Origin: Malacoraja senta | Taxonomy: Eukaryota | Direction: 5' to 3' | Assembly: GCA_038087875.1 (NCBI GenBank) | Contig: JAXLNO010000384.1 | Location: 1 to 64,000, forward strand | Length of the DNA stretch: 64,000 nt | Part shown: positions 25,278-37,809 of the stretch, piece by piece | Position numbering within the stretch: the first letter of the stretch is position 1 | Layout of the letters: every line of letters starts with the position of its first letter | Notes under the pieces: generated by a model | Told to the model about the DNA's origin: nothing | The model's input: only the letters and a program-made list of their open reading frames with translations | Databases searched by the model: none | Made by a program: the position numbers and the translations under genes

Positions 25278-27170
25278 AGAAACATAGAAAATAGGTGCAG
25301 GAGTAGGCCATTCGGCCCTTCGAGCCTGCACCGCCATTCAATATGATCATGGCTGATCATCCAACTCAGTATCCTGTACCTGCTTTCTCTCCATAACCCC
25401 TGATCCCTTTAGCCACAAGGGCCACATCTAACCCCCTCTTAAATATAGCCAATGAACTGGCCTCAACTACCTTCTGTGGTAGAGAATTCCACAGATTCAC
25501 CACTCTCTGTGTGAACAATGTTTTTATCATTTCGGTCCTAAAAGACTTCCCCCTTATCCTTAAACTGTGACCCCGTGTTCTGGACTTCCCCAACATCGGG
25601 AACAATCTTCCTGCATCTAACCTGTCCAACCCCTTAAGAATGTTGTAAGTTTCTATAAGATCCCCCCACAATCTTCTAAATTCTAGCGAGTACAAGCCGG
25701 GTCTATCCAGTCTTTCTTCACATGAAAATCCTGCCATCCCAGGAATCAGTCTGGTGAACCTTCTCTGTACTCCCTCTATGGCAAGAATGTCTTTCCTCAG
25801 ATTAGGAGACCAAAACTGTACGCAATACTCCAGGTGTGGTCTCACCAAGACCCTGTACAACTGCACTAGAACCTCCCTGCTCCTATACTCAAGTCCTTTT
25901 GCTATGAATGCTAACATACCATTCGCCTTCTACTCTGCCTGCTGCACCCGCATGCCTACTTTCAATGACTGGTGTACCATGACACCCAGGTCTCGTTGCA
26001 TCTCCCCTTTTCCTAATCGGCCACCATTCAGATAATAGTCTACTTTCCTGTTTTTGCCACCAAAGTGGATAACCTCACATTTATCCACATTATACTGCAT
26101 CTGCCATGCATTTGCCCACTCACCCAGCCTATCCAAGTCATCTTGCAGCCTCCTAGCACCCTCCTCACAGCTAACACTGCCCCCCCAGCTTCGTGTCATC
26201 CGCAAACTTGGAGATGTTGCATTCAATTCCCTCGTCCAAATCATTAATATATATTGTAAATAGCTGTGGTCCCAGCACTGAGCCTTGCGGTACCCCACTA
26301 GTCACTGCCTGCCATTCTGAAAAGGACCCGTTTACTCCTACTCTTTGCTTCCTGTCTGCCAGCCAGTTCTCTATCCACATCAATACTGAACCCCCAATAC
26401 CGTGTGCTTTAAGTTTGCATACTCTTATGTGGGACCTTGTCGAAAGACTTCTGAAAGTCGATATAACGCATCCACTGGTTCTCCCTTATCCACTCTACTA
26501 GTTACATCGTCGAAAAATTCTATAAGATTCGTCAGACATGATTTACCTTTCATAAATCCATGCTGACTTTGTCCAATGATTTCACCATTTTCCAAATGTG
26601 CTGCTATCCCATCTTTAATAACTGACTCTAGCAGTTTCCCCACTACCGATGTTAGACTAACTGGTCTGTAATTCCCCGTTTTCTCTCTCCCTCCCGTTTT
26701 AAAAAGTGGGGTTACATTAGCTACCCTCCAATCCTCAGGAACTACTCCAGAATCTAAAGAGTTTTGAAAAATTATCACTAATGCATCCACTATTTCTGGG
26801 GCTACTTCCTTAAGTACTCTAGGATGCAGCCTATCTGGCCCGGGGGATTTATCGGCTTTTAATCCATTCAATTTACCTAACACCACTTCCCGGCTAACCT
26901 GGATTTCACTCAGTTCCTCCATCTCGTTTGACCCCCGGTCCCCTGCTATTTCCGGCAGATTAATTAAGTCATCCTTAGTGAAGACAGAACCAAAGTAGTT
27001 ATTCAATTGGTCTGCCATGTCCTTGTTCCCCATGATGAATTCACCTGTTTCTGACTGCAAGGGACCTACATTTGTTTTAACTAATCTTTTTCTCTTCACA
27101 TATTTATAAAAACTTTTGCAGTCAGTTTTTATGTTCCCTGCCAGTTTTCTTTCATAATCTATTTTCCCTG
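25278..27170 (-). mobile_element. CR1 LINE, 5'-truncated
   Basis: ORFs 26425-27195, 26171-26383 and 25366-25917 carry RT motifs; (TTTCTATG)-type tail at about 25278. Confidence 0.95.
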
Positions 27171-27327
27171 TGAGTACAAGAGCAGGGAGGTTCAACTGCA
27201 GTTGTACAGGGTCTTGGTGAGACCACAGCTGGAGATTGAGCGGTTCCTTTCATCAAGCCTTTTGACCCGGTGACCTTACGTGCACACCCTCTATAACTCC
27301 AGATGTGGTCTCACCAGAGCCCTGTAT

Positions 27328-27951
27328 CAGGGGTGGAAAACCCGGGGGGGGGGGGCAGAGGGGACACGTCCCCCCCATGTTTTGAGAGGTGGGGGACATC
27401 CCCCCCACTTTGCACTTTCTCCACTTTCCGCGAGACAGTGGGGGTGGGACTGATGATCGAGGGCGCGATTATTGGAGGAGGGAAAAGTGGGGGAGGAGGG
27501 TGGGACTGAGGTTAGAGTGCGGCGATTGGAGGGAGAGGTGGCACAGACCTGCGCCTCATCCGTAGGCAAGATCGATCCTGGCCGGCTCTCCGGCGCTTTT
27601 CCGAGTCCCCCCCCCACGGGTGGCCAGAGAGGTCAGGAGTCAGACGCGAGCTGTACCCCCAGGCCCGCAGCCAGCGCAGAGAAACAGCCCTAAACCCAGC
27701 TCACTCTGCCTGTCCCGCCAGGTGAATCTGCCTGGACTTGCGGGAAATATGGCCAGCGCGGAGCAGCGCTGGTGTCCCGTCAGTCCAGGCAGGGCTGTAG
27801 TTAACCCGGTGAGACAGGCAGTGTTGAGCTGCATTTAGCGCTGGATTGAGCCTCCGAAGCCTCGCGTGTGTGTGTGTGCGCATGCGCGCGCGGCCGCCAA
27901 AAAATTGTGTCCCCCGTCCTCCCCATGTTTTCATAGTGAGTTCCGCTCTTG
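27328..27951. mobile_element. Non-autonomous hAT-like element
   Basis: Imperfect TIRs CAGGGGTGGAAAAC / GAGTTCCGCTCTTG; 8-bp flanks CCCTGTAT / CTCTGTAC. Confidence 0.6.
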
Positions 27952-29228
27952 CTCTGTACAACTGCAGAAGAACCTCTTTACTGCTATACTGGACACAATA
28001 CTCCAGATGTGGTCTCACCAGAGCCCTCCTGTACAACTGCAGAAGGACCTCTTTACTCCTATACTGGACACATACTCCAGATGTGGTCTCACCAGAGCCC
28101 ACCTGTACAACTGCAGAAGGACCTCATTACTGCTATACTGGACACAATACTCCAGATGTGGTCTCACCAGAGGGTCTCTGCGCATCCCTCTGCAATTGGA
28201 TCCTCGACTTCTTCACTCTCAGACCACAGTCTGTTCGTATTGGTGGAAATGTGTCCGATTCGATAACAATCAGCACGGGAGCACCTCAAGGCTGCGTGCT
28301 CAGCCCCATGCTGTACTCACTCTATACTCATGACTGCGTAGCCGGACATAGTGCGAACTCCATCATCATGTTTGCTGACGACACCAATGTTGTGGGACGT
28401 ATCACTGATGGGGATGAGTTAGAGTATAGAAGAGAGATCGAGCAACTGTCCATATGGTGCCAGCACAATAACCTGGCCCTCAACACCAGCAAAATCAAGG
28501 AACTGATTGTAGACTTTGGAAGTAGGATGGGGACCCACAGTCCCGTTTATATCAACGGGTCGATGGTTGAAAGGGTCAAGAGCTTCAAATTCCTGGGCGT
28601 GCACATCTCTGAAGATCTTTCCTGGTCCGAGAACACTGATGCCATTATTAAGAAAACACATCAGCGCCTCTACTTCCTGAGAAGATTACGGAGAGTCGGT
28701 TTGTCAAGGAGGACTCTCTCTAACTTCTACAGGTGCACAGTAGAGAGCATGCTGACCGGCTGCATCGTGGCTTGGTTCGGCAACTTGAGCGCCCTGGAGA
28801 GGAAAAGACTACAAAAAGTAGTAAACACTGCCCAGTCCATCATTGGCTCTGACCTCCCTTCCCCACAGCCATCAGGCTATTAAACCTGGCTCGGACATAA
28901 CACTGAACTTTAATAGCCAATACTGTTATTTGCACTTTATCAGTATTTTGATTCATGTGTGTATATATTTATAGAATGCCTTGTAGTCAATGCCTACTAT
29001 GTTCTGTTGTGCTGAAGCAAAGCAAGAATTTCATTGTCCTATCAGGGACACATGACAATAAACTCACTTGAACTTGAACTTTAACGTCTCACCAGAGCCC
29101 TGTACAACTGCTGAAGGACCTCAATACTCCAATACTGGACACATACTCCAGATGTGGCCTCACCAGAGCCCTCCTGTACAACTGCAGAAGGACCTCTCTA
29201 CTCCTATACTGGACACATTCCCCAGATG
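27952..29228. repeat. About 70-bp CR1-derived tandem repeat, split by Rex1 insertion
   Basis: Unit CTCCAGATGTGGTCTCACCAGAGCCC..CTGTACAACTGCAGAAGGACCTC..ATACTGGACACA repeated at 27952-28172 and 29087-29228. Confidence 0.85.
28172..29081 (+). mobile_element. Rex1/Babar-type LINE 3' fragment
   Basis: [45 protein letters not shown]; (TTGAAC)n tail. Confidence 0.9.
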
Positions 29229-29239
29229 TCCCTCTAACC

Positions 29240-29664
29240 TTCCGCCCAATGGCCGGGCCGTCTGTCCGTCTCCCTCATCCTCCAATCAGCAACGAGAGGA
29301 GGCGGGACACCCTCAAACCCCTCCCCATTGGATGATCTGGCCGCCCATCATACATCTCCATCCAATCAGCCACGTCTAGAGGCGGGACAACATCGTACTC
29401 CCCCGCCCATTGGCCGGTCCATCCGTCCGTCAACCCTTCTCCAGCCCATTGGATGATCCATCCGCCCATCACCCAGTCGCCATCCAATCAGCGCCTGCGG
29501 GAGGCGGGATGTGCCTCGAACCCGCCGTCCATTGGCCGGGGTCGCCGTCCGTCACCGCCTCCTCGTCCAATCAACGCGGTCGGGGGCGGGACCTGGCGAC
29601 GGTTGGTGCCCGGAGCCGCCGCCATCTTGATCGCCGGCGCCGTCACCGTCTCCCCTCAGTAAGT
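29240..29664 (+). promoter_or_regulatory. CpG-rich promoter with CCAAT-box array and putative non-coding first exon
   Basis: Nine CCAAT/ATTGG boxes (29246-29571), GC boxes, YY1-type GCCGCCATCTTG (about 29618) and a donor GTAAGT at 29659. Confidence 0.7.
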
Positions 29665-29720
29665 CTCTCTCTCCCTCTTTCTCTCTCTCTCTCTGTCCCC
29701 CAGCGTCCCCGCCCCGCTAC

Positions 29721-29820
29721 CTTGGTGCCGGGGGTGAAGCGCTGCCGCCCGCCCGCCGGGGTCATGGCCGCCGTGGATGATGCATTTGACCACCCCGTCC
29801 ATGTCCGACAGCGACGAGTC
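29721..29820 (-). pseudogene. AIP: Degenerate AIP exon 1 copy
   Basis: Homologous to 58879-58998 but the ATG region is deleted and a 4-nt insertion (CCCG) shifts the frame. Confidence 0.75.
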
Positions 29821-29974
29821 TGCGACGCGGCGCCTCGATCAACCGCCCGCCCGCTCGGGTGTTTCCGCTCACGCACTCGGGCGTTTCCGGCGACGGTCTC
29901 GGCTCACTCGGGCTGTGACGTCACTCGGGCTCGGGCGTCTCCTCACTCGGGCTGTGACGTCACTCGGGCGTCAA

Positions 29975-31928
29975 GTTGAGTACAGGAGCAGGGAGGGTCT
30001 GCTGCAGTTGTACAGGGTCTTGTTGAGACCACACCTGGGGGGCAGTGTTAGCTGTGAGGAGGATGCTAGGAGGCTGCAAGGTCACTTGGATAGGCTGGGT
30101 GAGTGGGCAAATGCATGGCAGATGCAGTATAATGTGGATAAATGTGAGGTTATCCACTTTGGTGGCAAAAACAGGAAAGTAGACTATTATATGAATGGTG
30201 GCCGATTGGGAAAAGGGGAGATGCAACGAGACCTGGGTGTCATGGTACACCAGTCATTGAAAGTAGGCATGCAGGTGCAGCAGGCAGTGAAGAAAGCGAA
30301 TGGTATGTTAGCATTCATGGGAAAAGGATTTGAGTATAAGAGCAGGGAGGTTCTACTGCAGTTGTACAGGGTCTTGGTGAGACCACACCTGGAGTATTGC
30401 GTACAGTTTTGGTCTCCTAATGGATGCATTAGTAATAATTTTTCAAAACTCTTTAGATTCTGGAGTAGTTCCTGAAGATTGGAGGGTAGCTAATGTAACC
30501 CCACTTTTTAAAAAAGGGAGGGAGAGAGAAAACGGGAATTACAGACCAGTTAGTCTAACATCGGTAGTGGGGAAACTGCTAGAGTCAGTTATTAAAGATG
30601 GGATAGCAGCACATTTGGAAAGTGGTGAAATCATTGGACAAAGTCAGCATGGAGTTATGAAAGGTAAATCATGTCTGACGATTCTTATAGAATTTTTCGA
30701 GGATGTAACTAGTAGAGTGGATACGGAAGAACCAGTGGATGTGTTATATCTGGACTTTCAGAAGGCTTTCGACAAGGTCCCACATAAGAGATTAGTATGC
30801 AAACTTGAAGCACACGGTATTGGGGGTTCAGTATTGATGTGGATAGAGAACTGGCTGGCAGACAAGAAGCATAGAGTAGGAGTAAACGGGTCCTTTTCAG
30901 AAATACAGGCAGTGACTAGTGGGGTACCGCAAGGCTCAGTGCTGGGACCCCAGCTATTTACAATACATATTAATGATTTGGACGAGGGAATTGAATGCAA
31001 CATCTCCACGTTTGTGGATGACACGAAGCTGGGGGGCAGTGTTAGCTGTGAGGAGGATGCTAGGAGGCTGCAAGGTGACGGATAGGCTGGGTGAGTGGGC
31101 AAATGCATGGCAGATGCAGTATAATGTGGATAAATGTGAGGTTATCCACTTTGGTGGCAAAAACAGGAAAGTAGACTATTATCTGAATGGTGGCCGATTA
31201 GGAAAAGGGGAATGCAACAAGACCTGGGTGTCATGGTACACCAGTCATTGAAAGTAGGCATGCAGGTGCAGCAGGCAGTGATGAAAGCAAATGGTATGTT
31301 AGCATTCATGGCAAAAGGATTTGAGTATAAGAGCAGGGAGGTTCTACTGCAGTTGTACAGGGTCTTGGTGAGACCACACCTGGAGTATTGCGTACAGTTT
31401 TGGTCTCCAAATCTGAGGAAAGACATTCTTGCCATAGAGGGAGTACAGAGAAGGTTCACCAGACTGATTCCTGGGAAGGCAGAACTTTCATATGAAGAAA
31501 GACTGGATAGACTCGGCTTGTACTCGCTAGAATTTAGAAGATTGAGGGGGGATCTTATAGAAACTTACAAAATTCTTAAGGGGTTGGACAGGCTAGATGC
31601 AGGAAGATTGTTCCCGATGTTGGGGAAGTCCAGAACATGGGGTCCCGGTTTAAGGATAAGGGGGAAGTCTTTTAGGACCGAGATGAGAAAAACATTTTTC
31701 ACACAGAGTGGTGAATCTGTGCAATTCTCTGCCACAGAAAGTAGTTGAGACGAGCTCATTGGCTATATGTAAGAAGGAGTTAGATGTGGCCCTTGTGGCT
31801 AAAGGGATCAGGGGGTATGGAGGGAAGGCAGGTACAGGATACTGAGTTGGATGATCAGCCATGACAATATAGAATGGCGGTACAGGCTCGAAGGGCCGAA
31901 TGGCCTACTCCTGCACCTATTTTCTATG
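29975..31928 (+). mobile_element. CR1 LINE with internal duplication/rearrangement
   Basis: 3' RT segment 29975-30420, then a restart at [14 protein letters not shown] (30420) running to the 3' UTR. Confidence 0.93.
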
Positions 31929-32320
31929 TTAAGGGGGGACTTGACAGAGGTCTTTAAAATGATGAGAGGGATAGACAGATTTGACGTGGATAAGCTTTTT
32001 CCATTGAGAGTGGCAGGGAAGATTCAAACAAGAGGACATGATTTGAGAATTAAGGGACAGAAGTTTAGGGGTAACATGAGGGGGAACTTCTTTACTCAGA
32101 GAGTGGTAGCTGCGTGGAATGAGCTCCCAGTGGAAGTGGTGGGTGCAGGTTCGATTTTATCATTTAAAAATAAATTGGATAGGTATATGGACGGGAAAGG
32201 AATGGAGGGTTATGGTCTGAGTACAGGTAGATGGGACTAGGGGAGAATAAGTGTTCGGCACGGACTAGAAGGGCCGAGATGGCCTGTTTCCATGCTGTAA
32301 TTGTTATATGGTTATATGGA
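31929..32320 (+). mobile_element. CR1 3' fragment of a second subfamily
   Basis: LRGDLTEVFKMMRGIDR...NFFTQRVVAAWNELP; (GGTTATAT) tail. Confidence 0.85.
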
Positions 32321-33850
32321 GGCGTTTGCCTGACCGTAGCAGCTGGAACAGTCCGTTGCAGGGGTGGAAGGGGTCTCCCATGATCTTGTTGGCTCTGGAG
32401 TTGAACCTCCTGATGTATAGTTCCTGCAGGGGGGCGAGTGTAGTTCTCATAGTGCATTCGGCCGAACGCACTACTCTCTGCAGAGCCTTCTTGTCCTGGG
32501 CAGAGCAGTTCCCAAACCAAATCGTGATATATCTGGACAAGATGCTTTCCACAGCCGCTGAGTAGAAGCACTGGAGGATCCTCAGAGACTCTGATTTTCC
32601 TCAATTGGCTGAGGTGGTAAAGGCGCTGCCTTGCCTTACTCACCAGTGCTGCAGCGTTTGATGTCCATGTCATATCTTCAGAGATGTGGGCTCCCAGGTA
32701 TTTAAAACAGCTCACCCTATCCACAGTATCCCCATTTATCCTCAATGGTGTGTACGTCCTTGGATGATGTGCCCTCCTAAAGTCCACGATCAGCTCCTTA
32801 CTTTTTTTGATATTCAAGAGGAGGCTGTTGTCCTGACACCAGTGCCAGATCAGCCACCTCTTCCCGGTAGGCCTTCTCATTATTTTCAGTGATCTGGCCC
32901 ACCACTACAGTGTCATCAGCAAACTTGATTATCGATTTGGAGCTGAACCTAGCCACACAGTCATGGGTGTACAGGGAGTACAGTAGGGGGCTGAGGACGT
33001 AACCCTGAGGGGATCCTGTGCTAAGGATGAGGGACTTCGATGTATTTCCTCCCATCTTGACTACCTGGGGCCTGGTGGTGAGAAAGTCCCTGACCCAGGT
33101 ACACATGGGGGGTGTTGAGCCCTAATTCCAGCAGCTTCTCGGCCAGTCTGGTGGGGACTATCGTGTTGAAGGCTGAACTGAAGTCTCTGAACAGCATCCT
33201 CACATAGCCCCCTTCTGGCTGTCAAGGTGAGAGAGAGCGGTGTGCAGTACCTGGGAGACCGCATCGTCCGTAGATCTGTTCGGACGGTATGCGAATTGTA
33301 ACGGGACCATGTGAGGGACGAAGGCGCAGATGTGTTTCTTGACTAGCCTCTCAAAGCATTTCATGACTACCGAGGTGAGGGCCACCGGACGGTAGTCATT
33401 CAGACAGGCTGGGGAGGCATTTTTAGGTACCGGTACAATGATGGATCTTTTGAAACAGGCAGGGACCACGGATTGTCCAGGGAGAGGTTGAATATTGTGG
33501 TGAGCACGGGAGCTAGCTGCATAGCACAGGACTTAAGTACTCGCCCCGAGATGCCATCTGGGCCTACAGCTTTCCCCGTGTTCACCCGTGTCAGAGCCCT
33601 CCTCACATCGTGCTCGGACAACAAGAATGTGTGCACATTCCTCCCTTCAGCTTCGTTAGCCAGCACGCTGGCGGTGTTGTCGATAGTCGGCAAACCTGGG
33701 GTGATGTTGCCCGACTCGAAACGAGCGTAGGAGTTCAGGTCATCAGCGAGGGAGGTGCCGGCACTTCCGGTTGAGGGGGGGCTGCTCCGGTAGTTGGTTA
33801 CAGTCCGTAGCCCCTGCCACAGGCGTCTGGTGTCCTGCTGCTCCATCTGA
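32321..33850 (-). mobile_element. Rex1/Babar-type LINE fragment
   Basis: [49 protein letters not shown] and KFADDT; frameshifted. Confidence 0.9.
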
Positions 33851-34492
33851 GGACCATGACTACCCGACATTGACAGTGACACTTTTAGATCCTACTGTAT
33901 GTTGTCATTAAACAGTTGGTTTTAAAATACATATTGGATTCATCGCGGAGCGGGTGATGCCTTACCTGGATCGCCGTTTGAAGCTCTGGAGTGTTGGGCC
34001 TGCTGCTTCAACATCATGGAGCTGTGGTTTGCGGAGCTCCCAGCCTCGGGCCGCGCTGATTTCAACATTGCGGAGCCCTGGGGTCCCTTTGCCGAGGGCC
34101 TCCACCCAGCTCAGCCTGTGGACTTCGGGAGCCGTGGTAGGAAGTGGCTGATGCGGAAGTCCAAGCCGCTGAGAATGTTCTCCCCAAATTTAATTGTACC
34201 AATGGCCATGAGGGGGGTCCAAGAGGAGAGGGTCCGTTGGAGACGGGTAAAGGGATCATCAATGGGGGCGGGGACTCCTTCCCATGGAAGAACGGTGTGA
34301 GGCGGGGGCGATGGAAGAAGAGCTCCACATCGTGGCGGGCGCAGAACTCATTGAGGTGGGGACAGAGGATTGGGAAACCTTTATAGGAAACATAACGGGC
34401 AATACGGGCTGAAAAGATGAAGTACGAAGGGAAGCTGGCCAGGAATATAAAGAAGGACAATAAAAGCTTCTTTAGATATGTTAAGGGAAAAA

Positions 34493-34962
34493 GAGAGAGA
34501 GGGAGAGAGGGACAGAGATAGAGAGAGAGGGGGGGGCAGAGAGAGAGAGAGGGACAGAGAGAGAGAGAGATGGGGCAGAGAGAGGGACAGACAGAGAGAG
34601 AGAGCTAGAGAGAGACGGGACAGAGAGAGAGAGACATAGGGGGACAGAGAGAGGGACAGAGATTGAGAGAGTGACAGAGAGGCAGAGGGACAGTGAGAGC
34701 GAGGGAGAGAGAGGGAGAGGGACAGAGAGAGGGATAGAGGGGGGGAGAGGGGACAGAGAGAGAGAGAGAGGGGCAGAGAGAGAGACCCACAGAGAGAGGA
34801 GAGAGAAAGAGAGGGACACAGAGAGATGGAGAAAGGGGGACAGAGAGAGAGAGAGAAGGAGGGATAGAGAGGGGGACAGAAAGAGACAAAGAGAATGAGA
34901 GAAGGACAGAGGGAGAGAGAGAGACAGAGAGAGGGGACAGAGAGAGAGAGAGCGACAGAGAG
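34493..34962. repeat. GA-rich low-complexity/polypurine tract
   Basis: Visible (GAGA/GGGACA)n. Confidence 0.95.
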
Positions 34963-35244
34963 AATGTGCTGGAGTGACATTTTGGGTCGAGGCCCTTTAG
35001 TTTAATTTAGAGATGCAGCGCGGAAACAGGTCTTTCGGCCCACGGAGTCCGCGCCGACCAGCGATCACCCCGTACACTAGCACTATCCTATGCACATTAG
35101 GGACAATTTAACAATTTTGCGGAGGCCGATTAATCTACAGCCCTGAACGTCTTTGAACGGTTTCCTCCACCATAAACGTACCCAATATGTGCTTGTAATG
35201 TCCTGTTTGCCAGCTTGTTGACCCTCTGTGTTCCCCTCCTGCAG

Positions 35245-36914
35245 GGTTTAGCAGCCGTTGCTGTGGACGGAGAGACGGGGACGTGAGCAGCCATTGAGGG
35301 TGGCCAGGGGGCCGGTGAGCCCCCCCCCCCCCCCATCTGCCGTGTGCGACTGAGCTTCGAGGGGCTGCGCTTCACAACAAGGAGAAGCGTTATGAGTGCG
35401 ACGTGTGTGGCAAGGCCTGGCAGTGCCCGAGCGAGCTGGAGATCCACCGGCGGGTTCACACTGGAGAACGCCCCTTCGACTGCTCGGAGTGCGGCAAGAG
35501 CTTCAAGACGGCGGCTGTGCTGAAGACCCACCGGCGGGTGCACACGGGCGAGAAGTCCTATGGCTGCTCTACCTGCGACATGAGCTTTGTCCGGTTGTCG
35601 GGGCTACGGCAGCACCGGCGGGTGCACAGCAGTGAGCGGCCCTTCACCTGCTCCGACTGCGGCAAAGGCTTCAAGTCGTCGCCAGAGCTGAAGCAGCATA
35701 GGCGCGTGCACACCGGGGAGCGCCCCTACACCTGCACCCAGTGCGGCAAGGGCTTCACTCATTCCGGCATCCTGCTGGTGCACCAGCGCACCCACACCGG
35801 CGAGCGACCGTACACCTGCACCCAGTGCGGCAAGGGCTTCACTCATTCCGGCAACCTGCTGGTGCACCAGCGCACCCACACCGGCGAGCGACCCTACACC
35901 TGCATCCAGTGCGGCAAGTGCTTCACTCATCCCGGCAACCTGCTGGTGCACCAGCGCACCCACACCGGCGAGCGCCCCTACACCTGCGCCCAGTGCGGCA
36001 AGGGCTTCACCCATTCCAGCAACCTGCTGTTGCACCAGCGAACCCACACCGGCGAGCGCCCCTACACCTGCGCCCAGTGCGGAAAGGGCTTCACCCAGTC
36101 CGGTCACCTGCTGGTGCACCAGCGCACCCACACCGCGGAGCGCCCCTACACCTGTGCCCAGTGCGGCAAGAGCTTCACCCACTCCAGCAGCTTGCGGGTG
36201 CACCAGCGCACCCACACCGGCGAGCATCCCTACACCTGCGCCCAGTGCAGCAAGGGCTTCACCTCCTCCAGCAACCTGCGGGTGCACCAGCGCTCCCACA
36301 CCGGCGAGCGTCCTTACACCTGTGCCCAGTGCGACAAGCGCTTCACCCACTCCAGCAGTTTGCGGGTGCACCAGCGCACCCACATCGGCGAGCGCCCCTA
36401 CACCTGCGCCCAGTGCGGCAAGGGCTTCACCCAGTCTAGTAAACTGTTGAGGCACCAGCGAACCCACACCGGCGAGCGCCCCTACACCTGCGCCCAGTGC
36501 GGCAAGGGCTTCACCCAGTCTAGTAAACTGCTGAGGCACCAGCGAACCCACACCGGCGAGCGCCCCTACACCTGCGCACAGTGCAGCAAGGGCTTCACCA
36601 ACTCCGACAGCCTGCTGAAGCACCAGCGCACCCACACCGGCGAGCGCCCCTACACCTGCGCCCAGTGCGGCAAGGGCTTCACTCGCTCCTCCAAGCTGCT
36701 GTCCCACCAGCGGGTGCATGCCGGCGACCATCCCTTCCCCAGCCCGGTGTGTAGAGAGCGAATTGCCATGGCCTCCCAAGCCCTGTCTCACCAGCGCATA
36801 CACACCAGTGGCCAGCCCTATGACTGCCCGTACTGCGGTGAGGAGTTTGACAGCTCGCGGGGGTTGCGGCAGCACCGGCGGACCCACGCCGGCGAGCAGC
36901 TGCTTCCACTGTGA
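35245..36914 (+). CDS. C2H2 zinc-finger array exon (about 17 intact fingers plus 1 degenerate, no KRAB); start codon uncertain
   Basis: ORF 35403-36914 with repeated CxxC-x12-HxxxH and TGERPY linkers. Acceptor ttcccctcctgcag ends at 35244. Frame open from 35319 but the first in-frame ATG is at 35580. Confidence 0.9.
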
Positions 36915-37141
36915 CGAGAGCACGGGGGCTGCGGGAGCATCAGCGTTTACACACGGGAGAGAGACCCTTTGTGTGCGCTGAGTGTGGCAAGGGTTTCACC
37001 CGCCTTGACCACCTGCTGGAGCACCGACGAGTCCACACCAGCCAGCGCCCCTTCACCTGCCTGCTCTGCAGCAAGACCTTTGCCCGCTCCTCCAGCCTGC
37101 TGGCACACCGCCACATGGATAGACAGGGGCTGTTTAGGTAG
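36915..37141 (+). pseudogene. Out-of-frame residual zinc fingers
   Basis: [33 protein letters not shown]...CLLCSKTF after the stop codon. Confidence 0.8.
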
Positions 37142-37809
37142 ACACAAAATGCTGGAAGGAATGGGTAATGTTTCAGGGTCGAGACCCTTCTTGAGTGTCG
37201 AACCGAAAAATGTCACCCATTCCTTGTCTCCAGAGATGCTGCCTGACCCGCTGAGTTACTCCAGCACTCTGAATGTCACCTATGCATGTTCTCCACAGAT
37301 GCTACCTGACCCGCTGAGTTACTCCAGCACTTTGTGTTAGTCATCGAGTGATAGAGTGTGGAAACAGGCCCTTCGGCCCAACTTGCCCACACCGACCAAC
37401 AAGTCCCAGCTACACTAGTCCCACCTGCCTGTGTTTGGTCCATATCCCTCCAAACTTGTCCTATCCATGTAACTGTCTAACTGTTTCTTAAACGTTAGGA
37501 TAGTCACAGCCTCAACTACCTCCTGTGACAGTTCCATACACCCACCACCCTCTCTGTGAAAATGTTACCCCTCAGTTTCCTATTAAATCTTTTCCCCTTC
37601 ACCTTGAACCCATATCCTCTGGTCCGCGATTCCCCGGGGTATGGGGAGAAGGCAGGAACGGGGTACTGATTGTGGATGATCAGCCATGATCACATTGAAT
37701 GGTGGTGCTTGTTTGAAGGCCCGAATGACCTACTCCTGCACCTATTGTCTCTAGTCTAATGTCTAATGTATCAGGACTAGGTGTGCATTTCACCCTACAC
37801 TTGCGCTTG

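Noticed and set aside
27952..28172. CRISPR-like repeat array
   Set aside because: No unique spacers, the units are CR1-derived, and the context is eukaryotic.
27846..28883. 345-aa ORF (and 29777-30475, 40786-41481, 62911-63561) as novel fusion genes
   Set aside because: Chance read-through across adjacent transposon fragments.
35604..36923. 439-aa antisense ORF and shifted-frame ORFs over the ZNF exon
   Set aside because: By-products of the GC-rich 84-bp finger repeat.
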